A stretch of DNA of 64,000 bases, taken from the NCBI GenBank assembly GCA_021613535.1, contig CP075494.1, forward strand, positions 11,036,001-11,100,000. The letters are read 5' to 3'. Source of the DNA: Adineta vaga (Eukaryota > Animalia > Rotifera). A model generated the notes under the pieces. That model saw only the letters and a program-made list of their open reading frames with translations. It had not been told where the DNA came from and did no database searches. A program made the translations under genes and the position numbers. How positions within the stretch are numbered: position 1 is the stretch's first letter; each line of letters opens with the position of its first letter. Shown here in pieces: positions 1-19,491 of the stretch.

Positions 1-1929
1 TGTGTAAGTCATGATCGAGATAATCCTCGAAGACCATCACATTCATCTCGAAGTAGTGCAACAAGTAAGACTATTACATTTGAACCTTTTTTTGTTAATT
101 GAAAAAGAAATTATTTATGTTATTTAGCAAGTGGAACTGCCGCACGAAATAAACCTTTAAATCGGTCAGCTTGTCGTCCAAAATGGAAATCAGATGTCCC
201 AATTAACGAAAATCAACTACGTCGTAAACGAGAAGAGTATTGGGATACGGGTAAGTTTTTTCGATGAAGATTAATTCATTTCTTATCTCGGCAATACATC
301 ATACGGTCGTCTGTGTTGACATAAGATTTATATAGAGTAACAATCTTATATTGGATAGTTACAAAATTTCAAAATAGACAGACTTCTTAGCTTAGTCGTA
401 GTCATCTGATTATCTAATGTTTCGATATAAAAAGGGAAAAAGAATGTCTTATACACATCAACTTAAACATGACTAAAGATATACTTCAATTAATGATCTA
501 ATTGAAAAAATAAATATATTTTGGTAGGATGTTTGTATTTCTTGAAGTTTTAGAATAGTTACATATTTGACTTACACATGTAGAATATTCTTGCAGTGTT
601 CAACAAAACTAACATATTAATCAAATAGACGTCATTGATGTTTTGTTTGACAAACAAATCTATCACTCACCATGTGCATATGTTTTTGTACGTTGTTGAT
701 CTTCATACGACATCGAGACATATGCGAAGTAGTCGTCTTTTGAATTTCCGTTTCTTAATAACTAATGAAAGAATCTAGGGTTTATTGAATCTTTCGTCGC
801 CTCGCCAGAAAATTTTCTTATAAAACCCAAAGATCAATCGAGATTCCTTAGCTATTGTCTTTTCTTATATTTATGAGTGACAAATTCTAATATTATTTGA
901 TTTTGATGAATTACTTTTAGCTCCTGCATTTGAAGGTCGAAAAGAAATCTGGGATGCTCTTCGTGGTGCCTGCTTTGCAGTAGAACAGAATGATATTGAT
1001 TTAGCTCAATCAAGTAATCATCTTTTTCTCTCAATTTTCTTCTTCTTTCATTGTTTTTATAGTTATCAATTGTGCAAATATTTCACTTCCTCATGGAACA
1101 CTTCTGGATTGTTATGATGAACTTGGTACTCGTTATCAAATACCGGTGTATATTTTATCAGCACCAACAAATGTAATCGATGGTGAACAATCCTCAATGA
1201 ATGAGAATGAATCCAATGCAAGTGATATCGATTTGGCAGCAACAGCAATTGCTGATCGTGAACGCGATTTTCGAGACAATCAAAGTACACCAACACAAAG
1301 TCAACAGTGGACAACAAGTAAATCAGCAACCGGAGGAGCTCACAATCCTATTGTTCGGGAAATAAAAAAACATCGTCGAAAACAAAAATCACACGTTGAT
1401 TCAAGTGGAAATGAATCATCATCAACCAATACTCCAACACCACCGGTACTAGTCAATCAACAACAAGCAAATAATGATCAAGATGTTGAAATTCCAATTA
1501 AATTTCGTCTATCAAATGGAAAAGAACATCGTTTATATTGTAAACCAAGTGAAAAATTTCGTAATATTAAAAAACGTTTGGCTATGCTGGAAAATGGAAC
1601 TATTGATTCACAAGTACAACGGCTATTTTTTGGTGGAAAATCATTACGTAAGTTTTGTTTCATCTACAAAATTGATTTGATTCAATCGATGAAGTATCTT
1701 CTAAGAACCTTTGGCATTGTAATGATTGATTGACTTTTATCTTTTAGGAGATCGCATAACTATTGGTGAAACTCGTTTACAACGTAATTTTGTTGTACAA
1801 GTTATATTACAAGATCCTTCTACGCCACCTAATGGTGCAATAACAACAACTGGCCATTTAACAATTACTAATGATCATGTAACACATTCTCCACCCATTG
1901 AATATCCAGATTCTTCAATAATAGAATAA
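1..1929 (+). CDS. UBTD2: Ubiquitin domain-containing protein (UBTD1/2, DC-UbP), 5' end outside window; exons ~1-63, 128-250, 922-1013, 1062-1647, 1748-1929
   Basis: Spliced translation gives [40 protein letters not shown]...[25 protein letters not shown] and a C-terminal ubiquitin-like domain (QRLFFGGK...FVVQVI), the UBTD signature. Confidence 0.9.
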
Positions 1930-2335
1930 ATCTTTTTTTTCAAAAACAAACAAATGATCACAACAATCAGACGCGCATTATTCTGTCCATTTTTAATTCC
2001 CTACATGCTTTTCATACTACTTTGTACAAAAGAAATTTTTATTTTTCTTTTTCGTTAAATGTTGTTAGCTACTGCACAGAATCATTTCTCTTCTATCATC
2101 ATTATTTACTCGCCTTTGCTCAACCAGTCAATATTATCATTATATTAATGTTGTATTTTATTGTTTCAAAAAAAAAAGACAAGAAAACCTATGACAAAAT
2201 AAGAAGAATTTTGTCTTGATCAAATCAATTCATATTCTTTTTATTTCAGATCGATATTATTGTTATTATTATTATTTTATTTTTCATTTCTTACTTCCTT
2301 CTCTTTATTCCTTAATAATTCTAATAATTCTAATA

Positions 2336-3715
2336 ATGTCCGATCTCTCGGATCTTGATCGACAATTGGACCAATTACGACGATGTGAATTAATTAAAGA
2401 ACATGAAGTTAAAATGCTTTGTACGAAAGCAAGAGAAATCTTAGTGGAAGAAAGTAATGTTCAATGTGTTGATTCACCTGTTACAATTTGCGGAGATATC
2501 CATGGACAAATGTTTGACCTATTGGAATTGTTTCGAGTTGGAGGTAAATCTAAATAACTGAAAAATTTGAATCGTTAAGTCAAATATCATGTAATTTATA
2601 AGACGATAAGTGTTGACTCTTTGAAATGTTGAAGAAACGTGCTTTTGTGTCATTTCATTCAGTCGAGATTTGTTATTTTAATAGGAAAACGTTTCCAGTA
2701 TAAGAATGTCTTTTGCAGATGCACATAAGACATCTTTGTCATGTCTTAGAAGGATTTCACAGATGGGAGTAGAAGTGAATGATGTGAAATTAGTCGTTGT
2801 CGGTTTTGTCTACGTTGTAAATATAATATTTTTAACCAATGAAGAGATAGATATTTAAAAGAAAAAAGAAAATCTTTTGTCGACAAGTATTTGAAAGAAG
2901 TTTTTTACGTGGCGAATTGTGAGTTTGAGGAAAATTATTTTATTTTAGGTGATGTTCCACAAACAAATTATTTGTTCTTGGGAGATTTTGTTGATCGAGG
3001 TTTCTATAGTGTAGAAACATTCTTATTATTATTGGCACTTAAAGTACGGTATCCTGACCGTATAACTCTGATACGTGGCAATCATGAATCCCGTCAAATA
3101 ACTCAGGTCTATGGTTTTTATGATGAATGTTTGAGAAAATATGGTTCCATTATGGTTTGGCGTTATTGTACAGAAGTTTTCGATTATCTAAGTTTATCAG
3201 CTGTTATTGATGGAAAAATCTTCTGTGTACATGGTGGACTCAGTCCATCGATCAATACTCTTGATCAAATCAGACAAATTGATCGAAAAATGGAAGTACC
3301 ACATGATGGACCTATGTGTGATCTTTTATGGTAAGTAAATTCAATTGAAAAGAAATCAAGTAAATCAATCCGTATTCATAGGTCGGATCCTGAAGAAACA
3401 CTTGGTTGGGGTGTTAGTCCTCGTGGTGCTGGATATCTATTTGGTAGTGATGTTGTTTCACAATTTAATCAAACGAATAATATTGATTTAATTTGTCGTG
3501 CTCATCAACTTGTTATGGAAGGTTATAAATGGCATTTTAATGAAACAGTGTTAACAGTATGGTCAGCACCGAATTATTGTTATCGATGTGGAAATGTTGC
3601 TGCTATACTTGAACTTGATGAACATTTAAATCGAAGTTTTACAATATTTGAAGCTGCACCACAAGATCAACGTTCATCAGCAACAAAACGTGTCGTACCC
3701 GATTATTTTCTTTGA
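2336..3715 (+). CDS. PPP4C: Serine/threonine protein phosphatase 4 catalytic subunit; exons ~2336-2543, 2950-3330, 3382-3715
   Basis: [23 protein letters not shown]-terminus; GDIHG, GDFVDRG, RGNHE, RAHQL and [11 protein letters not shown] motifs; C-terminal DYFL; VGGDVP and GFYSVETF match PP4. Confidence 0.93.
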
Positions 3716-4445
3716 AAAAAAAACAATAATAACAAATGATGATAATCTATATGTATGTGATGATAATGTGTGTCTTTTCTTTACACCCTGTATGATCGGT
3801 TGTTCAATTGAACATAAAAACAAAAGACACAAAAAATATGATGTCTATAAATGAACAAATATGTCTTATTTTGTTTTGTTTAATTCTGAATTTTTTTTGT
3901 CTTTCTATCGGACAAAAAAGAAGGATAGGTCAGTCTTTTCTTTTATTCATTTGATTGATGGCATATTTCTCATGAGAATCGTGTAAATTTGTCACATCAT
4001 CTTCTTTCTCGGACAGTAACGATAAGAATACAACGGGAAAATAGAGCGGAAGCATCTCGTTTCCTCTTTCTTTCTTTCTTTCTCTCTTTCTTTTTTCCAT
4101 AGTTAGAATAAATTCGCAGCAAATAGCTCAAGTTATCTAAAGATACAGATCTACTCTTCGTCGAAGTTATTTCTTTTTTCTTCCCTTTAGCATCAATCTA
4201 AGATAGTCAAACAAGCACGCACATACGAAACAGGAAAAGATGATTATGATAGAAAAAAGCGTGATAATTGAGCTGTCTAGTAAAGAACATATCCAAGTAT
4301 TCATCTACGTTTTCTGTTCATATCAATGAACAGTTGAAAATCTTAGGTTGATATTGATTCAGTCTATATTGTCAGTTTATTGGTAAAGAGAAAAAAACAA
4401 ATGTCTATCACTTGTCTTCTTCCTTTTCTTTCAGATGGTCGGACG

Positions 4446-5746
4446 ATGAATTCACTTTCTATACGTGATCTTTGCTGCCTTTTTTGTTGTCCACCATTAC
4501 CATCACGTATTGCTGCTAAACTTGGTAACTAGTATATGAAAAATGATAAAACAAAACTCTTGAAACTTTTCTTCTAGCATTTCTTCCTCCCGAACCAACT
4601 TATTCATTAATAGCTACTGATAATCAAACATCAGTCAATGGCAATACTGATCAAACAACAACTTCATCGTCCATAAAAAAATCACCAAATGATTCGTCGA
4701 ATCTTTTACGATATACAATGTTCTTTTCTGACAAAGCCGAATGGCAACATTCACCAAATGAAATGACAAAAATAGAGCCTTATTTTGTGACTACTTCACG
4801 ACATAATCAAATTGCTTGTGTATATGTTAAATGTACAACAAATCCAAAATATTATATTTTATTTAGTCATGGAAATGCGGTAGATCTTGGTAGGAACAAA
4901 AGTGGTTTTTTTCTATATGAAAGAATGACGGAGTTCTTGTCTCTTTCTTAGGTCAAATGTCTAGTTTTTTTATCGTTTTGGGTGCACGTTTACAATGTAA
5001 TATATTTAGTTATGATTATTCCGGTTATGGTGCTTCACAAGGCAAAGCCAGTGAAAAGAATATGTACGCAGATATTGAAGCAGCATATAATTCCATGAAA
5101 CAACGATTTCAAATTCCTGTATCACAAATCATTCTTTATGGACAAAGTATTGGTATAAGATTCATCTTTTTCTCTTCTTCTTATTTCATTAAAAATAATA
5201 ACAATTATTATCATAGGTACTGTGCCAACTATTGATTTAGCTTCACGTATAAATGATTGTTGTGCCGCATGTGTCTTACACAGTCCATTGACATCAGGTA
5301 TGCGTGTCGCATTTCCTGAAACGAAACGAACATGGTGCTGTGATGCATTTCCTTCCATTGATAAAATTCATCGAATACGTTCCATTGTTTTAATTATACA
5401 TGGAACTGAAGATGATGTTATTGATGTTAGTCATGGATTTGCATTATATAATCGAATACATACTCCACATCAAACCGAACCACTATGGTTAGATGGTGCT
5501 GGTCATAATGACATTGAAGTAAATCAAACTCTAATTCTCTTTTTTTTAAAAATAATATTATCAATTTTTCTTTTACAGGCACATGGACAATATGTTGAAC
5601 GACTATTACGATTAATTGATACGGACATTCCACAAATACGATTAAAAAAGCCCCAGGAACAACAACCAATAGCAACGTCAACAGCATCAACAACATTAGC
5701 ATCAACACTTATTATACCATCTTCAACAACAAATGGAACAAATTAA
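4446..5746 (+). CDS. ABHD17: ABHD17 depalmitoylase (alpha/beta hydrolase), 5 exons
   Basis: N-terminal [27 protein letters not shown]; SHGNAVDLG; YDYSGYG; GQSIG nucleophile; HGTEDDVID; GAGHND. Confidence 0.93.
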
Positions 5747-6050
5747 TCATTCGAAAGTCAAGCAGTTCAACTGTTGATTTCTTGGTTGTCGAGAAGATAA
5801 AAAGATAAAAAAAATTGATGCGTGCAATGTGCTCGAAACATATTTCTTCTCTACCTTCTTTTTTCTTATTTTCTCTTCTTTATAACAAACAAACGAACGA
5901 AACGATTTCATTTTTCTCTTCAAACAAACACGATATTTTCTCATAGCAATCATATCTTTTATATGAACGAAAAAATCTACTAGTTCTCGTTGATTTATTT
6001 GTATAACTTTAAATGAAAACAAAACAAAAAAAACATGTAAACTATAAAAA

Positions 6051-6896
6051 TTAAGTTATTGTATAAATATCAACTCTATTTATTGTTCGTAGAACGATAT
6101 TATCTTGTCGAAATTGTTCTATTCTATAGATGGGAAGTTTATATTGATAATATTTTTTTTTCCAATTGAAATCAATTGCTATAATCTTAGTACTTGAGGG
6201 AGAATAGATAAGCCAATTAATAGTTGATATTGGTTTTTCTAGATGAATCATTCTATAATCATTCTTTAAATTGATTTCCGGAAGTAGTATTTGTTTTAAA
6301 CATTTAAAATTTTCTAAATCTCGCAATTCCATTCGCCATTGCTCAGTTAAATGATTATAGATTGTTATTGCTATATTATTCTCTCTTGATAAGATACTTC
6401 CAATGAATTCATTCAATGTTAAATCTACGGAATAGTTTTTAATCAATTTCCAATGAGAATGATCATCATTCTCTTCTTCAGAGATTTGTTGTTCCCATCT
6501 TTCAATAAATTTCGATTCCCATTCATCATACGCAATCAATAATGTTGATTGATTGTTGACTCTTGTAAAGCATTTCAAAGGTTTATTATCTGTAGGTTTT
6601 ATATCTAAGATTGGTTTAATCAATTGTGTTTTCAGATTATATATAAAGATAGTTGTTGATGTCAATAGAAAGACTTTTTGTATATCATCATACCATAAAC
6701 AATCAATAATATTTCCATCGATAAAACAAGGTATGGAAGTCTTTTGAAAATCTTTATCGAAAAGAATGAATTGCTTTCTTTTCTTTGTATTTTCATCAGC
6801 AAAAATATGATTGGATGAAACAGTTAATTGTGGTGTTGATGATATAAGTGGAATTTTCATCATAGAGATTGAATACGACATTGTATCTTCAAACAT
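6051..6896 (-). CDS. Uncharacterised protein, beta-strand-repeat (propeller-like) character; start codon uncertain
   Basis: 281-aa uninterrupted ORF in very AT-rich DNA; alternating hydrophobic strand segments and spaced Trp residues; no family motif recognised. Confidence 0.6.
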   Translation of the reverse strand: MFEDTMSYSISMMKIPLISSTPQLTVSSNHIFADENTKKRKQFILFDKDFQKTSIPCFIDGNIIDCLWYDDIQKVFLLTSTTIFIYNLKTQLIKPILDIKPTDNKPLKCFTRVNNQSTLLIAYDEWESKFIERWEQQISEEENDDHSHWKLIKNYSVDLTLNEFIGSILSRENNIAITIYNHLTEQWRMELRDLENFKCLKQILLPEINLKNDYRMIHLEKPISTINWLIYSPSSTKIIAIDFNWKKKYYQYKLPIYRIEQFRQDNIVLRTINRVDIYTIT

Positions 6897-7373
6897 CGTT
6901 ACTTACGTTTAGTAAAAAGACATAAAATCAAATGTAAGTGAAATGAATGTATTTCTTATATATAGGTATAAAATACCCATTTTGAATTCTTATCGAAGAG
7001 AAGAGAAGAAAATGAGTAATACTCGTTGTTTTCTTCAAAATATGTTTTACTTATTTTTACATGACAAAATTTTTCTTTTCATCTACTTGCCAGAGAATTC
7101 TTAGGAAATTACAAAATTGTTATTTCTTTCATTTAAATATACGTGCATCTATGTATGCATTATGAATTATATTCGAAAAAAACAAGCATATTGTGATTCA
7201 TCAATTACAGATCGTTTTCAAATCAATAGAACTCAATCTCGAGATCTTCCTTATCGATTTCTCTTAGATAAATAACTGACATATCAGAAGTATCATCTGG
7301 AGAATGACCTTTGAATAGAATCCGAATTATATATTAGAGAGACACTCATAAATAAATAACAATTGTCAGTATC

Positions 7374-7940
7374 ATGCATCCAAGGACTTTAGTTGTTTTG
7401 TTTTGTACTATTACAATATTTTTCATTGAATTTAATCATAGTGCACCAACGAAAAAAACACCGATTAAAACAACTGTCAAAGTACAAAAAACATCACCAG
7501 AAGCAAAGTAGGATGAATCATTTCCTTGACTTTGTCATAGATGTCTATTGCTTTTGTTTGTAAAGATCAAAACTTGTCGGTGGTCATACGGCATGGGACA
7601 AAAATATCAAAGCAAAACATAAGAAAATCTTTGATGATGTAAGTAATATCTTTTGTTGAAATGTATATTTATATTCTTATTTATTTCATAGTATAAAAAA
7701 ATAACCTTGAAGCAACTTCAAGAAGTTCACAATGTCTCGAAAGCATTCAATCCGAAACCGGAGAAGTTTGCTACTCAAGTTGTTGGTGGAATTAATTATT
7801 TGTTTTTAGTTAAACTACCGATTAACAAATATGCAGTTGTATCAATTCATCATGTTATATGGAAAAAAGATCATTATGGAAAAGAAGAAAATGTTCGAGT
7901 ACGACCACAAACATATGAATTAAATGATAAAAACATTTAA
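7374..7940 (+). CDS. Secreted cystatin-superfamily cysteine protease inhibitor; exons 7374-7507, 7566-7638, 7692-7940
   Basis: Signal-peptide-like MHPRTLVVLFCTITIFFIEFNHSA; N-terminal LVGG; QVVGGINY (QxVxG) loop; HVIW second loop; introns join in frame. Confidence 0.8.
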
Positions 7941-8026
7941 TTTCGGTTTTTATTTCAATAATTAGAAATAGATCTACGGTTTTTGCTTTGCATTAGAAAT
8001 AATAGAAATAAAATAAAATCAATCTA

Positions 8027-9804
<1,778 letters not shown>

Positions 9805-9969
9805 TTATACAATTTCAATTGATCCATTCAAAGACTATGAAATGTTCTATTTATATTGTTGTTTGTTGAATAAAGTACTGTATTTTTTCTGACAATAGTG
9901 AAGAGAATATCAAGATTATTTTATCGTAAATTTCGATACTAAAATGAAAAATATTCTTTGATTAAAACA

Positions 9970-10920
9970 TCAATTATTACTAAATACGTTACCCTCAATC
10001 CATTCGTCAAGATTCAATTTGAATTGAATTGCTTGTTTATCTTTCGTTTTTTCATTAAGAATTTGAATAAAAAGATCTTTTTCAATCATTGTCAATGATT
10101 GAAATAGAATATATTTATCTGCATGAAATGTATCAAAACGTAGATCATTTGTTAATGAAAAACTTTCTTCGAAATTCTTTTTTCGTTTTGTCATAGGTGA
10201 AATTAAACCATTGATGATTAATATCGATTGTTTTTGTGCAAGACGATTCAATCGATAAGTTAATTGAAGAATTTTATTTCTAATTCGTCGATCAAGATTT
10301 AAATACGGACGAATTAAAGCAAAGAAATCATCGATGATTAAGATTTGAATTGATTCATGATTATTTTCTAAGAAATTTAATTGATCTTCAAATGCTTCTA
10401 AAGTAAAACATGTTTGAAAATAAAAAGATTCTTCAAAGAAATTATTTCGTTGAAAAATTAACTTCTCATTTAATGAACAATAATAATTATAAAAATAATG
10501 TAGATCAAATAAACTTATATTTGTATTTAAATATTTGATTTTTATTGAATCATTGATAAGAAATAAACGAAGGAGAAAGAAATTGAAAAATTCATTCCAT
10601 TGTTTTTGATTAAAATATCCATAAATAAAGATTAAATGACGAGAAGTTTGTAAAAGTTTTTCATTATCAAATTGATTATAATTCAATCGATAAGAATCGG
10701 ATTTAGTCGTTAGACGATAATGAATTTGAGCGGTATGAGCAAGAATACATGACTGAATACATTCGATAGTTTTTAATGATAGATCATCAATATTCTCCGT
10801 AGATTTTGTTAACCATAGAAGAAAATCATTCGTTGTATGAATAGAATACTTTTCATGAAGATGATTGAGATAATCAATTGTTAAATATGGACAATCGATG
10901 GAATGTAATGAAATTGACAT
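9970..10920 (-). CDS. Highly divergent RAD51-paralog (RAD51D-like) protein, intronless
   Basis: Colinear with RAD51D as recalled: CPYLT..YSIHTTNDFL (cf. CPGLT..RIKTVVDLV), LSLKTI..ILAH, IKYLNTN (cf. VLYVDSN), Walker B IQILIIDDFFALIRPYL (cf. VVVVDSVTAVVSPLL), ILQLTYRLNRLAQK (cf. MMQLARELKTLARD); Walker A is degenerate. Confidence 0.65.
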   Translation of the reverse strand: MSISLHSIDCPYLTIDYLNHLHEKYSIHTTNDFLLWLTKSTENIDDLSLKTIECIQSCILAHTAQIHYRLTTKSDSYRLNYNQFDNEKLLQTSRHLIFIYGYFNQKQWNEFFNFFLLRLFLINDSIKIKYLNTNISLFDLHYFYNYYCSLNEKLIFQRNNFFEESFYFQTCFTLEAFEDQLNFLENNHESIQILIIDDFFALIRPYLNLDRRIRNKILQLTYRLNRLAQKQSILIINGLISPMTKRKKNFEESFSLTNDLRFDTFHADKYILFQSLTMIEKDLFIQILNEKTKDKQAIQFKLNLDEWIEGNVFSNN

Positions 10921-11178
10921 GAATATATAATGATCGAAAGAGAAGAATAACTCAATCTATAAACAGATTTATCATCGAGAAGATGTTGTATTTATGATTT
11001 TAATAAACAAAGATTTGTTTTATTTTGTCTAAACTTTTTTTTTCTTCTTACTCTTTTGAATAACAAAAAACAACAAACAAACAAGACCAGATATTCGAAA
11101 GTCCATAAGAATGATTATAAAACGACGAAAAAAAAAGATTCATCGCGAAGGAATGAAGTATCATGTTTTCTTTTCTTT

Positions 11179-13225
11179 CTATTCAACTTTTGGTTTGCTT
11201 GGTTCATCACGATGATAAAGAACAATAAAACTAAGTAGGAAAGCACCAACCATCATGGAAAATGACGAAATATAATATGGATATGCTGATGTAATAAATC
11301 GTTCGTATTCCGTGTGACGTAATGGATGAACAGAGACCTGAAATGAAGTTTAATAGTGATAAAATTAGAAATGAATTGAATGTTATATTATTACTTGTGT
11401 TGCTGAATATAGATTTGTATAACCAATACGAGAATAATCAATAATAAATTTATAAATTCCATAGGTATCAGGAACACGAAAATTTGCTTCAAGTTGTCCA
11501 CCTAAGTATTTGATTATAGATATAATTTTTCGTCAAATTTTCTTTTACCTTTATTTTTTAATGTTGTTCGAACAAATGGATCGATACGTACAAATTCCAA
11601 TTGAACATCAGTTCCATTAAAAGGTACCCATTTATCATAAACAAATTCATCGAATTGTACATTAAATATCTAAATACAAAAATTGAATGAAATCGTTCAT
11701 CTATTTGTTTGTACTTACAATATCATTTCGAATGGTATAATAACTCGGTGTTGTTTTATCATCTTTTAAATAGTGACGAATATTTCTTGCTCGTAAAACA
11801 CCACGTTGTTTGAATACCCAATCCGTTAATGCTAAAGCTAAATCTTCATTACCAGATTTTGTTGATCTAAAATCACAAGAGAAAAAAAGGTTTATTTTTC
11901 TTTCGAATGAAAATAAAATTTCATTAATTACTTTTTATCCGTATTGGATTGAACGGAATTTTGAAAGAAATCATTACTGAAAAAGTCCAATGAACCAACG
12001 AAACCAACACGTGCATTATTACGAGCTTGAAGAACTGATATCAATAAAGTTCGTTTACCAACAGTAGCGGGATACTAAAAACAAATGAATAGTCTATGAA
12101 TAGAATATCTATCAAAATTTTTACTTCAGTCAACGTTTGTTGATCAGGATTAGCTGTATATGAACTTGATGAACCAGTCAAAACATCCAATAATAATGAA
12201 TTTTCTGAATCGGATGACATTCTTTAACAGGAGAGAAAAAGAATTAATTATTTTATTAAACTTTCTTTTACCCAATGCCTCGAAATAAGAATGGTAAACC
12301 AGCTCGTTTCGATTGTCCAGTGATTAATTCTGATCCAAGAAGATTATCTGGAGTAGCAACAATTAACGTATGCTAAAAGAATTCAAACATTCATTTTGAT
12401 TGAAAATCAATAATTCATTAGAAATTTTTACTTGTCCATCATCATTAACATCATAATTAAGATGATCAATAACAGCATTTTTATCATCAGCAAATTCAAT
12501 ACCACATTCACCAGCAAATTCACGAATAGCATCACCTAAAAAAAAGAGTCATTATTGAAATGAGAAGACGAATTTTGTTTTTGTACTAATTCTTCTTACC
12601 AATTAAATTACTACCAGCAACAAGAACATTACCACCTGCATCAACAAATTCTGTTAAAGTTTCCGCATCCAAACGACCACCAAATTCTTCATAAATTATA
12701 TTGATTATTTACATAAAAACCTCACTATAATTACCTTTTGTAGCTGGAGCAAAGAGAATTATATGATCGTAAATATATTCACCATATTTGACGATTTGAA
12801 GACTACTATCATCTGATGATCTGTAAGTTAATTCAAATCCACGATCTAAAGAAAATGATCGATAAAATCTTCTGTTTTCTTCTATGTATTAAAAAAGATC
12901 ATAAATGGCAATCGTCAGATTGAATGAATATAAATTCCAATCAAAGATTATTCAGAATGTGAACAGCTATGTAAAATAACTTCATCATTCAATTGCCAAT
13001 ATGTAGAATCGAACAAAATCTTTCTTCATTATCCTAGTGAACTAAATTTGTCTAGTGTCTGTTCTTACCTTTTAATTGTTTAAAATAAAACGAATGTGAT
13101 TCTCTTAGAGCCAAATTATCAAGTAAAACTAAGACACGCTTTGATGAACCTTCAATATTTAATGAAGATGACCAATGAATTGCTAGAAGAATCAATCCAA
13201 TATAAAGAAATGATGACTGTGCCAT
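11179..13225 (-). CDS. DDOST: Oligosaccharyltransferase 48 kDa subunit (OST48/WBP1), multi-exon
   Basis: Signal peptide; [17 protein letters not shown]; [14 protein letters not shown]; LQARNNARV; [14 protein letters not shown]; [20 protein letters not shown]; C-terminal TM helix and KPKVE tail. Confidence 0.95.
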
Positions 13226-13674
13226 GACTAAAATCTAAAAAATGAATACTGTCGATATAGAAAATCCATTCTTTATCAATAAGACATGCCACATTCGTCT
13301 CAACATTGTATTGGTTTACTGACTAGACAAACAATAACGACTGTAGATGTCGGATATCTTTAAACATTGGTGATTTGTCGTTTTTTTCTTTTTCATGTAT
13401 AATAATTAACAAAAACAATATTTTCAATTGGAAACTGTTAATTTACTTATCGAATAAATCGTATCAATCATTTTTTCAATACTTGAACATCATTGCTTAA
13501 CCTACGTGAACAAATCACGATATTATTTTCTCCGTAAAATGAATTTTTCGATTATTTGTGAAAACAAATGATCTGAATGAAATGTATAAAAAAGAATTTA
13601 TTTTTATGTCGGAATAAAAAATATAAACTGTATTCACATACAACTAACATAACATCTGATAAAAATAACAACAG

Positions 13675-14821
13675 TCATATCAATGGTAAATTATCTAATG
13701 GACATTGTGTTGAAAATTCTTTGAGATATGTTTCAATACAATTTATATGAAATATATGATTACATGGTAGTATTTTTAATTGCTGTCCAAGAAGATATCC
13801 TTCCATACAGATTATACAGTGATCATTTAAATGTGTTTCGTTAACATGAATTGTTTGAAGTTTATTGATAAGACTATTATCGAGCGTTTTACGTTGTACA
13901 CGTTCATCAAGTCGTAATAACATTTCATAATCATTAGGTGAACTAAAATAAGAATAGAAGAAATGAAATCTATTGAAAAGAAATTGATTCAAATACTTAC
14001 AGATCACGATTTTGCATATCGAGAAGAAAACTAATCATAGTATCATCGAATGTTGGTTCATTTGGAATAGTATGTTCATTGATTGTATAGTCACGAAATT
14101 GATTTGGAGGATTCGTAGCCGGCGGATGAACTACTGGTTGATTATGAGTATGACTATTGGCTGTTACTGTTACTTGTCGACGATTTTGAACTTCTTCATT
14201 AAATTTTTTAATTTCGATTGTTCGTGCTGATGGTGTAGAAAGAAAATGATATGATGGTGGATCAAGTTGAACTTGTTTAAATAAGCGATGATGTATATAT
14301 AATTGTTTATTATGTGAATTATATCGAATTGATTTCGCATATTTTGTTTTAATCTGACATTGTGCTTTGATTTTTTTATTTGAACGTTTTGAACGTTGAC
14401 ATGTTGTTTGTTCCAATTGATTAATCTCATTCAATTGTTTATAATTGAGATGTTTATTAAGATATTTTTCATCATTTTCATCATCAGAAGAATATTCATT
14501 ATGATCATTATCAACATCATCTGGCCAAATAAATTGAGCATAATAATCATCATCCAATCTAAATAGGAGAGAATTGTTTTTCAGAGAAAATCGTATGAAT
14601 AGTTTCGTAATAATCTACCCATGATTATCTTCAATTTCAGGTAATTCTGATGTTGATACAATACTATAATCATCTAAAATTGTTTCGTCTGTACTATTAT
14701 TACTATTTGATTGATTATAATGAGGCATCATATCTTCACTTGTTGACATCCAATCTACACAACTCTTCGTATTCACTGATGGATAAACAGGAAGTATTTC
14801 TACTTCACTATGCATCGCCAA
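13675..14821 (-). CDS. RING-H2 finger protein (putative E3 ligase); exons 14821-14619, 14558-14001, 13942-13675
   Basis: C-terminal CIICMEGY..LKILPCNHIFHINCIETYL..CPLD (RING-H2 with terminal Asp ligand), preceded by RDLSPNDYEMLLRLDE; junctions in frame. Confidence 0.85.
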
Positions 14822-15235
14822 GCCTCTATTACTGTTGTTTTCGTGTGAATTATTTTGATGAAAATATCACAGTTAAATAGAAGAATGATGAAATGTTCTT
14901 GCGTAATTTTGATGAGATATAAGAAATATTCAATGGTTAATAGAAGAGAAAAAAACCTGAGTTGGCTGACGTCATTATAATGAGTCATCGATACTTTTTT
15001 TAAGATGAAAAATAAAATATGTTACTTTTTTGTACAATTCAACGTGAAACACAAAAACAAATCGAAAAAGCAAAATTTCATTACAATAAACTGCTCGGCA
15101 GAGTTCAAAACAGAAGAAATAAACGATATGTACACAGAAAAAACGTGAATTTTTGAAACATGAATTTGTTATTTTGATCGAAGAAAAACAGAACAAATAT
15201 ATTCACTATCGAAATATAAAGATCACTGAATGAGA

Positions 15236-19491
<4,256 letters not shown>

